Below are positions 1 through 10,290 of a stretch of DNA of 50,151 bases, one piece after another. Positions within the stretch are counted from its first letter, which is position 1. Each line of letters begins with the position of its first letter. This DNA comes from Paracoccaceae bacterium (GTDB lineage Bacteria > Pseudomonadota > Alphaproteobacteria > Rhodobacterales > Rhodobacteraceae), in NCBI GenBank assembly GCA_016937725.1, contig JAFGVZ010000078.1, positions 1 through 50,151 of the forward strand. The letters are read 5' to 3'. The translations under genes were made by a program, and so were the position numbers. The notes beneath the pieces are model-generated. The model worked only from the letters and a program-made list of their open reading frames with translations, was not told the origin of the DNA and made no database searches.

Positions 1-1629
1 AAGCTGTTCTTGGTGCAGACGCCCCATTTCTTCCTGAACCCCGACCCGGTGGATCGCAATATCGGCCTGCGCGCCGATTGCCCGCCGGAAAACGAGATGT
101 TCTATCATCAAGGCCACCGCGGTCTGGATCGTTGGGGCGGGGCATTCTTCTGCGGCTCGGCCTCTGTTTTGCGCCGCGCGGCGCTCGATTCCGTGGGCGG
201 TTTCGCCGGTGAAACCATCACCGAAGACGCGGAAACCGCGCTCGAAATTCACAGCCAGGGCTGGAAAAGCCTGTATGTCGATCACGCCATGATCGCGGGG
301 CTTCAGCCCGAAACCTTCACCACCTTCATCGAACAGCGCGGACGCTGGGCGACGGGCATGATGCAGCTTTTGCGCCTGAAAAACCCCTTGCGCCGCAAGG
401 GGATGAGCCTGAGCCAACGTCTATGCTACCTGAACTCAATGACCTTCTGGCTGTTCCCGTTGGTGCGGATGACCTTTATCCTTGCGCCGCTGGCCTACCT
501 GTTCTTCGAATTGCAGATCTTCGTCGCCACCATTGAAGAGGTGGCGGTTTACATGTCCAGCTATATGGCGATCAGCTTCATGGTGCAGAATGGGCTCTAT
601 GCCCGCGTGCGTTGGCCGCTGATTTCGGAACTGTATGAAACGGCGCAGGCCCCATACTTGTCGGGCGTGGTGTTGCGCACCTTGTTCAAGCCACGCGGCG
701 CGAAGTTCAACGTGACCGCCAAGGACGAAGTTCTGGAAGAGAATTTCATCACGCCGCTTTACAAGCCCCTGCTTATCTTGTGGGGCGTGGCGCTGTTGGG
801 TGTGCTGGCGGCTGCGGTGCGCTGGTTTCTCTTTCCGGGTGACCACAACATCCTGATGATCGTCGGCGGCTGGGCCGTCTTCAACTTCATCATCGTATCA
901 GCCGCCTTGGGCGCGATTGGCGAACGCCAGCAGCGGCGCGCTGTGCCGCGCGTGGATATGAATGTGCCTGCGGTCGCCGCCATTGGCGACGGCGAGCAAT
1001 ACACCTTCACCGCGGCAACCGTGCTCGATTCCTCGACCAGCGGGGCCAAGCTGAAGCTAATCCCCGGTCCCGATACCGACCACACGCATCTGGCGAAACT
1101 AGACAAGGGATCTGTTTTTTACTTCACGCCCGAATTCCCGAAATCGCCGCATTTGGAAAATGCCGTGCGGGTGCAGGTCGTCAATGTTCAGCGGACGCCG
1201 ACAGGTTTGGTCTTGGGTGTGCGCTATGATCCGGAACAGCCGCTGATCGTGCGCGAAACCATCGCGCATCTGATCTTTGGCGATTCCTCGGTCTGGGAAG
1301 CGATCCGTGAAAGCCGCAACAAGCCGATGCCGCTGCTGAAAGGCATGGGCTATGTCGTGACGCTGGCTTTCACCTCTGTCGCGCATGTGATGAAAATGCT
1401 GGCGGCCGAACCCGCGCGCCGCAAACGCGCCGAGGAACGCGAGCGCGAAGTGGCCGTGGTCAAAGACGAACCGGCGCATATTCTTGCCTTCGGTCAGGCT
1501 TTTGATCCGGTCCTGAGCGAACCTGTTCACCCGATGCGGCAAATGTTGGCGCAGGGCACGGGTGGGGGTGACAGTCGCCTGCATTTCAACGCGCCCGGTG
1601 CGCAACTTAACCGGGGGCCAAGCGCATGA
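1..1629 (+). CDS. bcsA: Cellulose synthase catalytic subunit (5' truncated by window edge)
   Basis: GT2 motifs QTPH, FFCGS, TED, QRGRW and FNVTAK; C-terminal PilZ motifs RxxxR (RAVPR) and DxSxxG (DSSTSG); frame open from base 1. Confidence 0.96.
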   Translation, partial: KLFLVQTPHFFLNPDPVDRNIGLRADCPPENEMFYHQGHRGLDRWGGAFFCGSASVLRRAALDSVGGFAGETITEDAETALEIHSQGWKSLYVDHAMIAGLQPETFTTFIEQRGRWATGMMQLLRLKNPLRRKGMSLSQRLCYLNSMTFWLFPLVRMTFILAPLAYLFFELQIFVATIEEVAVYMSSYMAISFMVQNGLYARVRWPLISELYETAQAPYLSGVVLRTLFKPRGAKFNVTAKDEVLEENFITPLYKPLLILWGVALLGVLAAAVRWFLFPGDHNILMIVGGWAVFNFIIVSAALGAIGERQQRRAVPRVDMNVPAVAAIGDGEQYTFTAATVLDSSTSGAKLKLIPGPDTDHTHLAKLDKGSVFYFTPEFPKSPHLENAVRVQVVNVQRTPTGLVLGVRYDPEQPLIVRETIAHLIFGDSSVWEAIRESRNKPMPLLKGMGYVVTLAFTSVAHVMKMLAAEPARRKRAEEREREVAVVKDEPAHILAFGQAFDPVLSEPVHPMRQMLAQGTGGGDSRLHFNAPGAQLNRGPSA

Positions 1630-3860
1630 CTTTGTCATTCCTTTCATCCCGTTCCATGCCAGTGCTTGTGCTGGCTGCGGCCTTGAACCTTGGAGCTTTG
1701 CCAGCCTTGGCCCAAGGTGGGCTTATCCTGCTGCCAGACCAAGATGGCGTGACGGCCAGCGTTGAAGAGGGCTTCGTGCTTTCGCCAGACCGCGTCAATC
1801 CGCATCGCATGGCGGTTGATGCGGACGATGCCGCGCCAGCGCCGCGCAAATGGGTCTCACCCCTGCGTCTGACTGACCTGCAAGTGCGCCGCAACGGGGC
1901 GGTTGCGCGCGTGACGGGCGAGCGTGAGGTCGTGTCCTTCGATCTATATGTCGCGGATGCCGCGCGCACGCAGCGCCTGCAACTGACAACCGTGTCCAGC
2001 ATCAACCTGCTGCCAGAGCGCTCGTTCATGCGCGTTATGGTAAACGGGGTCGAGTTGCAGACCATCCAGCTCGATAATTTCGAGACACCGGGCATGGATG
2101 AGATTGTGATCCCCCAAGGCACCCTGCGCCCGGGGCGCAACGGTGTGCAAATCGAATTCCGCCAAGGCCATCGTATTTTCTGTGGCCCGGAAGCGTCTTT
2201 TGACCTGTGGACCGACATAAACCTTGTTGAAAGCGGGCTTGTTTTGGACCCCGCCGATACTGGGGCAGGGGCGGACGGGTTTATGATGGGGCTGGCTGCG
2301 CAATCGGCAGCCCTAGCGCCGGTTGAAATTCGTGGCATCGACAGCCTTGGGGCCGAAGCCGAAACGTGGCGCCGCACGCTCGTGCGCCGATTGAACCAAG
2401 CGCTTGTCGGCACGCCGGTCGTGTTTTCGTTTACCGATTATTGGACGGCCGCGCAGCAAGACCGCACGCATGCGCGCATTACCGTTTTGCCTGCCGCGCA
2501 ATCGCGGATCAGTTTTCAGGTGGGTGGCGACGGTGCACGGGTGATGTTGCTGGAAGTGGCCCAGGGCACGAATCCGGCGGACCTGCTGGACCAGATCCCG
2601 CAATTGGAACCGCAGGCGCAGGCCGCGCGCGCGCCCTTGCTGGCAACCGATGCAGAGAACACTTTCTCTGATTTCGGCATCCAGACAGAGCAGTTTTCGC
2701 AACGCTACGCGATCCGCAACCATCCTTTCCGTCTGCCGGACGATTGGTTGATCCTGACCGCAGCGAAGGCGCGCATCTACCTTGACTACGCCTATGCCAC
2801 GGGTCTGCCCGACGAAGCCATGCTGCTGATCAGCGTGAACGGGCAAGCAATCCGCTTGTTGCCCCTGCGCGACGAGGGGGGCGCGCCGATCATTCGTTTC
2901 CCGATCGATTTCGAAGCGCGCATCATGCAGCCCGGAACAAATACGCTCACTTTCGAGATGATGGTGCCGGGGGACCCTTCGGACCTGCCATGTCCGGCCT
3001 ATGATCAGCCGTTTCTTCAGATCGGAGAGACCTCTAGCCTGTTCGTGCCTTACAGCCCGCCGATGTCGATTCCTGATATGGACCTTGCCTTCAGCGCGTT
3101 GACGCCCGACAGCTTGCGCCGCAACGAGATGAGTGGACGCGCCTATTCCGAAGCAGATGTGCTGACATTGGCGGCAGCTTTGGCCCGTGCGCGCGGTGAT
3201 ATCCGGCCATCGACCCTGCATCTGATCTCGCTCGATGATCTGGGGGCTGTGCCGATGGCACATCATCGCGCCGATCGGAAATTGCTGGAAGATGCGGTTT
3301 TGATTACCCCGGAATACGAGGCATTGATCGCCGCACAGCAAGAGGCGGATGACCCGTTCTCGGCTCGACGTCAGCAAAAACGCGGGCTTACAGCGGCATT
3401 CAGCAATATCTGGACGCTTTTGCTGGACCGCGTCTATTGGGTGCGCGACCGGATTTTCCCCTCGAATGGTGACCAGTTGAACGCTTGGTTGGCAGAACGG
3501 CGCGGGCAGGCGGTGCTGATGCATCTGGACCCGTCCCGCCCTGACGAAATCTGGATGTTGCGCAGCGCCGACAGCGACATGACCCAGATTGCGCAATCCA
3601 TCGCGGCCGCGCGCGAATATGGCCGCGGGCCGCGTGGTCAGGTGGCCATCCTTGGCCATGATGGGCGCTGGGACAACTGGATCGCACCGGATCGTCGGCC
3701 AGTGCTGCTAGAGGATTGGTCATTTCAGAATTTCCGCACCGCGATGGGGAATTTCGTCTCGGCACGCCCAATTTTCTACACATTCCTGATGTTGTTCTTG
3801 GCGCTGGGGTCGGCGCTTGTCGCGCTGCGCCTTGTCATCTCAACGCGAGAAAAGCTATGA
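1626..3860 (+). CDS. bcsB: Cellulose synthase periplasmic subunit BcsB
   Basis: Signal peptide, HRIFCG...LWTDI and second Cys (LPCP) typical of BcsB, single C-terminal TM helix, ATGA overlap with bcsA. Confidence 0.88.
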   Translation: MTLSFLSSRSMPVLVLAAALNLGALPALAQGGLILLPDQDGVTASVEEGFVLSPDRVNPHRMAVDADDAAPAPRKWVSPLRLTDLQVRRNGAVARVTGEREVVSFDLYVADAARTQRLQLTTVSSINLLPERSFMRVMVNGVELQTIQLDNFETPGMDEIVIPQGTLRPGRNGVQIEFRQGHRIFCGPEASFDLWTDINLVESGLVLDPADTGAGADGFMMGLAAQSAALAPVEIRGIDSLGAEAETWRRTLVRRLNQALVGTPVVFSFTDYWTAAQQDRTHARITVLPAAQSRISFQVGGDGARVMLLEVAQGTNPADLLDQIPQLEPQAQAARAPLLATDAENTFSDFGIQTEQFSQRYAIRNHPFRLPDDWLILTAAKARIYLDYAYATGLPDEAMLLISVNGQAIRLLPLRDEGGAPIIRFPIDFEARIMQPGTNTLTFEMMVPGDPSDLPCPAYDQPFLQIGETSSLFVPYSPPMSIPDMDLAFSALTPDSLRRNEMSGRAYSEADVLTLAAALARARGDIRPSTLHLISLDDLGAVPMAHHRADRKLLEDAVLITPEYEALIAAQQEADDPFSARRQQKRGLTAAFSNIWTLLLDRVYWVRDRIFPSNGDQLNAWLAERRGQAVLMHLDPSRPDEIWMLRSADSDMTQIAQSIAAAREYGRGPRGQVAILGHDGRWDNWIAPDRRPVLLEDWSFQNFRTAMGNFVSARPIFYTFLMLFLALGSALVALRLVISTREKL

Positions 3861-4927
3861 ACAGACGTTCCTTCCTTTGTAGCGGTGCCGCACTTACGAT
3901 GGCCGGACCAAGCCTTGCGCAAGGCCTGACCGATGAATTCGGCCAGATTGCGCGCCCGCTTTGGGAGGCGTGGAAAGAGCGTTTCCTGATGCCTGATGGC
4001 CGCGTGGTGGATACGTTGCAACGCACTGCCAGCCATTCCGAGGGCCAAGGCTACGGCATGGTTCTGGCGACCTATTTCGACGATGCCGAAGCGTTCGGGC
4101 GAATGTATCAGTGGACGGAGCGCAATCTTGCGGTGCGCGGTGACCCGCTTCTGGCGTGGCGTTGGTTGCCCGATCAGGTCAATGCTGTGCCAGACCGCAA
4201 CAATGCGTCCGATGGCGATCTGTTCTATGCTTGGGCATTGGTGCGCGCCTTTGCACGCTTTGGCGACCGCGCCCACCTTACCCGCGCGCAGGAAATTGCC
4301 GAAGCCTTGGCGGCAACCTGCATCATTGCAATGCCGGGCCGCGAGGGCGCGACAATCCTTTTGCCCGCGCAATTTGGGTTCGTGCACGAGACCCATGTCT
4401 CGATCAACCCGTCCTATTACATGCCGCTGGCCATGCGTGAAGTGGCGGCGGCAACCGGCGTTTCGGCGCTTGCCATCTGCGCGCAGCAGGGCGAGGCGCT
4501 GATGGATCAATTGGCCCAGAACGGGCTGGTTCCGGATTGGGTCGATATCTCGGCAGATGGAATGCGCGCTTCTGAAAACCTGTCAGCCAATACAGGCTAT
4601 GAGGCGCTGCGCGTGCCGCTGTTTCTTGTCTGGTCGCGCATTCCGCGCCATCTGGCGGTGCGGCGCATGGCCGCCGTCTACGCGCGCACGGTGCAGCCCG
4701 GTGTTGGGGTGCCAACGGTGCTGGAGCCGGTTTCAGGCACGGTGCTCGAAAGCTCGCCCGATGCGGGGTATCAGGCCATTGCTGGGCTGATTACCTGCTC
4801 CGAAGGTATGACAGCAGGGGCGCAGATCCCGCCCTTTACCAACACTCAGCCCTATTACCCGGCGACGTTGCACCTGTTTGCGATGATCGCTGCTTATGAA
4901 ACCTTGCCGGAATGTGTGCCGATATGA
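3857..4927 (+). CDS. bcsZ: GH8 endo-1,4-beta-glucanase, Tat signal
   Basis: SEGQGYGM, ASDGDLFYAWAL and INPSY GH8 motifs; MNRRSFL twin-arginine signal; ATG at 3857 overlaps the bcsB stop. Confidence 0.92.
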   Translation: MNRRSFLCSGAALTMAGPSLAQGLTDEFGQIARPLWEAWKERFLMPDGRVVDTLQRTASHSEGQGYGMVLATYFDDAEAFGRMYQWTERNLAVRGDPLLAWRWLPDQVNAVPDRNNASDGDLFYAWALVRAFARFGDRAHLTRAQEIAEALAATCIIAMPGREGATILLPAQFGFVHETHVSINPSYYMPLAMREVAAATGVSALAICAQQGEALMDQLAQNGLVPDWVDISADGMRASENLSANTGYEALRVPLFLVWSRIPRHLAVRRMAAVYARTVQPGVGVPTVLEPVSGTVLESSPDAGYQAIAGLITCSEGMTAGAQIPPFTNTQPYYPATLHLFAMIAAYETLPECVPI

Positions 4928-6333
4928 CCCAGTATCCTCTTCGTCAGCGCTTTGCCTTTGCCGCTCTGATTGCCTGCCTTGCGGCAGGGTCGGCTACGGC
5001 GCAAACGGCCAGCTATGATGATCTGAGCGCCTTGCGATACTACGTGCAGCAAGGTGACACGGCTGCGACCAATGCTGAATTGCGCCGTTTGCGCGCGGCC
5101 TATCCAGATTGGGCACCGCCATCGGATTTGAACCAATTGCTGGCCCCGCGCGCCTCTGCCAGTGTCGATGAGGGCGCGATCTGGCGTTTGATCGAGCGGC
5201 GCGACTATGCCGGCGCCCGGCGTGAAATTGACAGCAGTCGCCAGACCGTCGCAGGCTGGACACCGCCCGCCGACATGCTGCGTGTTCTGGAAACCAACGA
5301 GGCGCAAGACGCGTTCGATGCCGCCACCGCGTCGCGTGATCCCGGCACGGCCATTGCGATTGCTCGCCGTTCGCCGCAGATCATGAGCTGCGAGCGGATC
5401 AACAACGCTTGGCTTTTGTCGGATATGTATGTGCTGGCTGGTCAGGCCGCCGCCGCTGCCACGACCTGGCGCAACACGGTGCAATCCTGCACCGCCTATA
5501 GCCAGATGGAACCAACGCTTGAAAAAGCATCTGCGGTCGTCAGCCGCGCTGAGCTGAGCAGCATGTTCGACGTTGCGCGCGGGGCTAACCGGGCGGAAAC
5601 AGAGCGCCTGAATGCGCTTGAGCGGCGCTTGTTGGGCGGTGCCCCCGCCGCAACAGCGGCGGCAGCTCCTGCGCCTGCGCCCACGCCGCGCGCAACCCCA
5701 GCGCCCGTGGCGCAGCCGGTTGTGGCGGCCCCATCACCCGTGACCAACCCCGCGCGCCTGCCCGTGCGGGGCGATGGACGCATAGCAGAGGTGCGCACGC
5801 TGAAAGAGCGCGAGCAATTCGCCCGCTGTATTGCTGCGTCGAACAATCCGCGCTCGCTGGATGTGCTCTATGAGCGGTCATGGTGCCTGTTCAGCCATCA
5901 GCGTCCGACAGAGGCGTTGGTGGGCTTTCAGGCCGCCGCTGCGGCTGGCGATGCGATTGGCCCGAATGTTCGGCGCGATGCCCATTTTGGAATGTCGCTG
6001 GCCTATCTGGGGATGAACATGACAGAGCAGGGCGCACAAGTTGCCAGCAGCGTGCGCCTGTCAGATACCCAGCGCGCCGAGGTGGAAAGCATTATTCTGG
6101 ATCAGCGAGGCGTGAAGGCGTATCGCAACGGTGACTACCGGCAAGCGATTGCCTATTTCAACGCTCTGGAGCAACTGAAGGGCGGCTTGCGTCGAGATTT
6201 GTCGATCTTGCGTGCCTACGCGCTGCTGAATTCCGGCCAGCGTGTAGAGGCAAAGAACGAATTTGAACGCCTGCACGCCCAGCTTGCGACCGCTGAAACC
6301 CGCCAAGGCTTGAACGCGGCATTCGGTAACTAA
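4924..6333 (+). CDS. TPR-rich periplasmic cellulose biosynthesis protein (BcsK/CelG-like)
   Basis: Signal peptide; N-terminal SALRYY..QGD..AELRRLRAAYPDWAPP resembles Agrobacterium CelG/BcsK; TPR-like helices; Pro/Ala linker; no beta-barrel; ATGA overlap with bcsZ. Confidence 0.7.
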   Translation: MTQYPLRQRFAFAALIACLAAGSATAQTASYDDLSALRYYVQQGDTAATNAELRRLRAAYPDWAPPSDLNQLLAPRASASVDEGAIWRLIERRDYAGARREIDSSRQTVAGWTPPADMLRVLETNEAQDAFDAATASRDPGTAIAIARRSPQIMSCERINNAWLLSDMYVLAGQAAAAATTWRNTVQSCTAYSQMEPTLEKASAVVSRAELSSMFDVARGANRAETERLNALERRLLGGAPAATAAAAPAPAPTPRATPAPVAQPVVAAPSPVTNPARLPVRGDGRIAEVRTLKEREQFARCIAASNNPRSLDVLYERSWCLFSHQRPTEALVGFQAAAAAGDAIGPNVRRDAHFGMSLAYLGMNMTEQGAQVASSVRLSDTQRAEVESIILDQRGVKAYRNGDYRQAIAYFNALEQLKGGLRRDLSILRAYALLNSGQRVEAKNEFERLHAQLATAETRQGLNAAFGN

Positions 6334-6361
6334 AGCTGGCACAATGCCCAACCCAAACAAT

Positions 6362-6387
6362 AACCCCCGCCAGTGGCGGGGGTTTTG
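6362..6387. terminator. Intrinsic terminator between the convergent bcs operon and phaZ
   Basis: aacccccgcc-agt-ggcgggggtt perfect 10-bp stem followed by tt. Confidence 0.8.
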
Positions 6388-6390
6388 CGT

Positions 6391-7671
6391 TTAGCCGTTC
6401 GAAGCGGCAACTTTAAGGCGGCCTTTACCGCTGCCACCACTGCCTGAATGCGTATCCATAAACTCCATCACCAATGGGCGGATATTGTTGCGCCAAGACT
6501 TGCCTGCGAAGATGCCATAATGTCCGGCACCCGGCTCGACATGGCTGGCCTTTTGCGCCGCACTTAAGCCCGTCAGCAGGTCAAGTGCGGCAAGGCATTG
6601 ACCGGGCGCGCTGATATCGTCTTTCTCGCCCTCGACAATCTTGACCGCCACATTCGTGATCTTGCCAATATCGACCTTGTGACCATCCACCATGAATTCG
6701 TTGCGCGCGATTTCACGGTCTTTGAATATCCGTTCCACCGTGGACAGGTAGAATTCTGCGGTCATGTCCATGACTGACAGGTATTCGTCATAGAAGCGGT
6801 TGTGCTTGTCGCGCTCGCCGCTCGTGCCTTGGGCTTCGGCCGAAATCTTGTCGGTGAAGGCTTGTGTGTGTCGCTCCAGGTTCATCGAGATGAAGCCTCC
6901 AAGCTGCAACAGGCCCGGATAAACCAGCCGCCCGACGCCCTTGTATTTGAAGCCCACGCGCTGAATCGCCAGATGCTCTAGTTGCCCCATGGTCACACGC
7001 TCACCGAAATCGGTCACCTCGGTGGGTGCGGCGTCCGGGTCCACCGGCCCGCCGATCAGCGTCAGCGTGCGCGGCTGCGATTCGGGTTCCAGCTCTGCCA
7101 GATAGGCCGTTGCGGCCAGTGCAAGTGGCACCGGCTGGCACACGGCAATCACATGCGTGTCCGGTCCCAAGTGGCGGATGAAATCGGTCAGGTAAAGGGT
7201 GTAATCCTCGATGTCGAACTTGCCTTCCGACACCGGGATGTCGCGGGCATTGTGCCAATCTGTGACCCAGACTTCGCAATCTGGCAGTAGGCTGGCAACG
7301 GTCGAGCGCAACAGCGTTGCATAATGGCCCGACATGGGGGCGCAAAGCAGCACGCGGCGCGGTTTTTCCGGACGGCCATGCACCTTGAAGCGCAGCAAAT
7401 CACCAAAAGGACGTGCCATTTCAACGACTTCTTCAACGATATGGTCGCGCCCGCCTTCGGCGACCACACTCGTGATGTTCCAGTCCGGCTTGATGACCAT
7501 GCGCGCGAAGCTGCGCTCGGTGACGCGGCCCCAAGCCGACATCACCTTGAACATCGGGTGCGGCACCAATCCCCAGACCGGGTAAGAGGCGAAAGCGCGC
7601 GCCGAAGCGCCCATCCATTCGTTGGTGTTCCGAATGGCTTCCATGATGTCGTAACTGACCATGCCCTTCAT
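6391..7671 (-). CDS. phaZ: Intracellular polyhydroxyalkanoate depolymerase
   Basis: APMSGHYATLLR, AVCQP catalytic Cys, GEKDDIS and GHYGIF motifs; divergent from phaC. Confidence 0.94.
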   Translation of the reverse strand: MKGMVSYDIMEAIRNTNEWMGASARAFASYPVWGLVPHPMFKVMSAWGRVTERSFARMVIKPDWNITSVVAEGGRDHIVEEVVEMARPFGDLLRFKVHGRPEKPRRVLLCAPMSGHYATLLRSTVASLLPDCEVWVTDWHNARDIPVSEGKFDIEDYTLYLTDFIRHLGPDTHVIAVCQPVPLALAATAYLAELEPESQPRTLTLIGGPVDPDAAPTEVTDFGERVTMGQLEHLAIQRVGFKYKGVGRLVYPGLLQLGGFISMNLERHTQAFTDKISAEAQGTSGERDKHNRFYDEYLSVMDMTAEFYLSTVERIFKDREIARNEFMVDGHKVDIGKITNVAVKIVEGEKDDISAPGQCLAALDLLTGLSAAQKASHVEPGAGHYGIFAGKSWRNNIRPLVMEFMDTHSGSGGSGKGRLKVAASNG

Positions 7672-7727
7672 ACAATCATCCTTCAAAGCGCTCGAACAGG
7701 TAACGCCAATCGTCCCTTTAACTCAAG

Positions 7728-7770
7728 TTGCGCGGCAGCTATCGTAAACGAAAGTATGCTGCGCATGCGA
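7728..7770. promoter_or_regulatory. Two degenerate PhaR boxes in the phaZ/phaC divergent region
   Basis: TTGC-GCG-GCAG (7728-7738) and CTGC-GCAT-GCGA (7759-7770) resemble the Rhodobacter CTGC-N3/4-GCAG PhaR motif. Confidence 0.5.
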
Positions 7771-7792
7771 AGGGTAGGGGGAAAATAGCCGT

Positions 7793-9595
7793 ATGACAAC
7801 TTCTGAATATGAAGATGGAAAAAAAGCTGAGCGTCTGAAGGAAAACATGGCCCGGATAGAAGCTTTGACCGAACGACTGACCAATGCTCTTGCCCATCGC
7901 ACGCCCCCGCGCCCCAGCTTGCAAGCGCCCGATCCCGATCTGTTTTTGCACGGGGTCACGGCCTATTGGACCGAAATGGCCAAGAACCCGTCGAAAGCGT
8001 TGGATCACCAGTTGGATTTTTGGGGCAAAGCGCTGAAGCATCATATAGAGGCGCAGAAGGCCCTGCAAAGCGGCAAATTGAAAGCGCCCGAAGATCAGAC
8101 CCCTGACGATCGTCGCTTTTCCAATCCGCTGTGGAAAAGCCACCCGTATTTCAATTATATCAAGCAGCAATACCTGATCGCCTCGGAAGCGATGCATGAC
8201 GCAATCGAGGGTATGGAAACGCTGGAAGGCCGCGAAAAGCGGCGTTTGCAGTATTTTACAACGCAGGTGGTGGACATGATGGCGCCAACGAACTTTCTGG
8301 CCACCAATCCCGATGCCTTGATGAAAGCGGTTGAGACCGAGGGCGAGAGCCTTGTGAAGGGGCTGGAGAACCTTGTGCGCGATGTCGAGGCGAACAAGGG
8401 CGAGTTGCAAGTGACCCTGTCGGACAAGGAAGCCTTCAAGCTGGGCCAGAACTTGGCGACGACCCCCGGTAAAGTGGTGTTCCGCAACCATCTGTTCGAG
8501 TTGATTCAGTATAGCCCCAGCACCGAACAGGTTTACCGCACGCCCATCGTGATCTTCCCGCCATGGATCAACAAATATTATGTCATGGATCTCAAGCCGC
8601 AGAACAGCTTGATCAAATGGATCGTGGACCAAGGCTATACGTTGTTCGTGGTGTCTTGGGTCAACCCCGATGCCAGCTATGCCGATACCGGTATGGATGA
8701 TTATGTCGAGCAGGGCTATCTGGAAGCGTTCCGCGTCGCGCGCGAGATCACGAAAGAGCCGCAGGTCAACGCAATCGGCTATTGTATTGCGGGCACGACG
8801 TTGTCGCTGACTTTGGCGCTGGTGAACAAGCGCAAGGACAAATCCGTGCGCGCAGCGACCCTGTTCACCACGCTTACGGATTTCTCGAACCGGGGCGAGG
8901 TGGGCGTGTTCCTAGAGGACGATTTCGTCGACGGTATTGAAGCCGAATGCAACGAGAACGGCTATCTGGACAGTTTCTTCATGTCGCGGACCTTCTCATA
9001 CCTGCGCTCCAACGACCTGATCTATGGCCCTGCCATTCGCAGCTACATGATGGGCGAAGCACCGCCCGCCTTTGACCTGCTGTATTGGAACGGCGATGGC
9101 ACGAACCTGCCGGGCAAGATGTGTGTCGAGTATCTGCGCGGGCTGTGCCAGCAGGACAAGTTTGCCTCTGCAACTTTCCGCATCTGCGGCGAAGACGTGT
9201 CGCTGTCGGACGTGAAACACCCGATCTTTGCGGTGGGGTGCGAAACGGACCATATCGCGGCGTGGAAATCCAGCTTCCGTGGCGTGGCCAAGATGGGCAG
9301 CCGGGACAAGACGTTCGTGCGCGCGCAATCGGGGCACATTGCCGGTATCATCAACCCGCCATCCAAAAAGAAATACGGCCACCATGCAGGGCCAGAGGTT
9401 GCGGGCACCCCGGAAGATTGGCTAGAGGCTGCCGAATTCCATGACGGGTCATGGTGGCCGCGCTGGGAAGACTGGCTGCGCAAGCGGTCCGGGGCCAAGG
9501 TTCCGGCGCGGATTCCGGGTGATTCGGGCTATCCGGCCCTTGCAGACGCGCCGGGCACCTATGTGATAAGCACAAAAAATGAAGCCATGTCATAG
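7793..9595 (+). CDS. phaC: Class I PHA synthase
   Basis: PPWINKYY, lipase box GYCIAG, DHIA, SGHIAG and GSWW motifs. Confidence 0.97.
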   Translation: MTTSEYEDGKKAERLKENMARIEALTERLTNALAHRTPPRPSLQAPDPDLFLHGVTAYWTEMAKNPSKALDHQLDFWGKALKHHIEAQKALQSGKLKAPEDQTPDDRRFSNPLWKSHPYFNYIKQQYLIASEAMHDAIEGMETLEGREKRRLQYFTTQVVDMMAPTNFLATNPDALMKAVETEGESLVKGLENLVRDVEANKGELQVTLSDKEAFKLGQNLATTPGKVVFRNHLFELIQYSPSTEQVYRTPIVIFPPWINKYYVMDLKPQNSLIKWIVDQGYTLFVVSWVNPDASYADTGMDDYVEQGYLEAFRVAREITKEPQVNAIGYCIAGTTLSLTLALVNKRKDKSVRAATLFTTLTDFSNRGEVGVFLEDDFVDGIEAECNENGYLDSFFMSRTFSYLRSNDLIYGPAIRSYMMGEAPPAFDLLYWNGDGTNLPGKMCVEYLRGLCQQDKFASATFRICGEDVSLSDVKHPIFAVGCETDHIAAWKSSFRGVAKMGSRDKTFVRAQSGHIAGIINPPSKKKYGHHAGPEVAGTPEDWLEAAEFHDGSWWPRWEDWLRKRSGAKVPARIPGDSGYPALADAPGTYVISTKNEAMS

Positions 9596-9619
9596 GCTTG
9601 GTGCGACCTGATCAGAAAA

Positions 9620-9671
9620 ATGCTGCGGTGCAGAAAAAACTGTTGAAATGCTGCACCGCAGCATGCATATT
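9620..9671 (+). promoter_or_regulatory. phaP promoter with two PhaR operators
   Basis: Perfect 14-bp inverted repeat atgctgcggtgcag (9620-9633) / ctgcaccgcagcat (9651-9664), each CTGC-N3-GCAG; TTGAAA (9643-9648) N17 CATATT (9666-9671) with the second box in the spacer. Confidence 0.8.
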
Positions 9672-9731
9672 GTCTTCAGCGGCTGGGAACACGATGTGAC
9701 CGGCCAGAACATTTTGATCAGGAGAAGCACA

Positions 9732-10175
9732 ATGGCTACCACTACCGACTACACCAAGATGATGAAAGACATGATGGGCGCAATGCCGATGGACACCACC
9801 GCGTTCACCGACATGTTCAAAACCCAAGCCGCTCTGACCGAGAAGATGAGCAAAGTTGCTCTGGAAGCTGCTGAAAAGTCGACCGAAGTTTCGACCAAGT
9901 GGACCAAAGCAACGCTGGCAAAAGCTGGTGAGCTGTCGACCGCCAAAGAAGATCCGGCTGACTACACCAAAGCTATGACCGATTTCGCATCCGCTTCGGC
10001 CGAAACCGCTGCCGAGCATGTCGCTGCTTTCGCTGAAATCGCGAAAAAAGTGCAGATGGACACCGTCGAGCTGCTGATGGCTGCTGGCAAAGACATGCAG
10101 GAAGAAACTGCTGCTGTTGTCAAGAAAGCCACCGACACGGCAACCAAAGCGACGAAAGCTGCAACCGCCAAGTAA
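9732..10175 (+). CDS. phaP: Phasin (PHA granule protein)
   Basis: Ala/Lys/Thr-rich helical protein with AFAEIAKKVQMDTVELLM; AGGAG RBS; lies between phaC and phaR. Confidence 0.9.
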   Translation: MATTTDYTKMMKDMMGAMPMDTTAFTDMFKTQAALTEKMSKVALEAAEKSTEVSTKWTKATLAKAGELSTAKEDPADYTKAMTDFASASAETAAEHVAAFAEIAKKVQMDTVELLMAAGKDMQEETAAVVKKATDTATKATKAATAK

Positions 10176-10232
10176 GGCGCGACAGTTCTTTCTCTCCCGC
10201 GGCCCTGTCCCTCCCAATAGGTGACCGCGACT

Positions 10233-10267
10233 AAAGGGTGCGCAATTCATGCGCGCCCTTTTCTTTT
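10233..10267 (+). terminator. Intrinsic terminator after phaP
   Basis: aaagggtgcgca-attca-tgcgcgcccttt stem then tctttt. Confidence 0.75.
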
Positions 10268-10290
10268 GTGAAAACACCCCCTAGGCTGTG

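Noticed and set aside
2313-3659. 448-aa minus-strand ORF and similar long antisense ORFs (e.g. 23427-24494, 24347-25309, 7739-8632)
   Set aside because: They overlap well-supported genes on the opposite strand and carry no recognisable domains
5640-5760. Low-complexity GC-rich repeat-like stretch
   Set aside because: Encodes the Pro/Ala linker of the TPR protein; not a DNA repeat element
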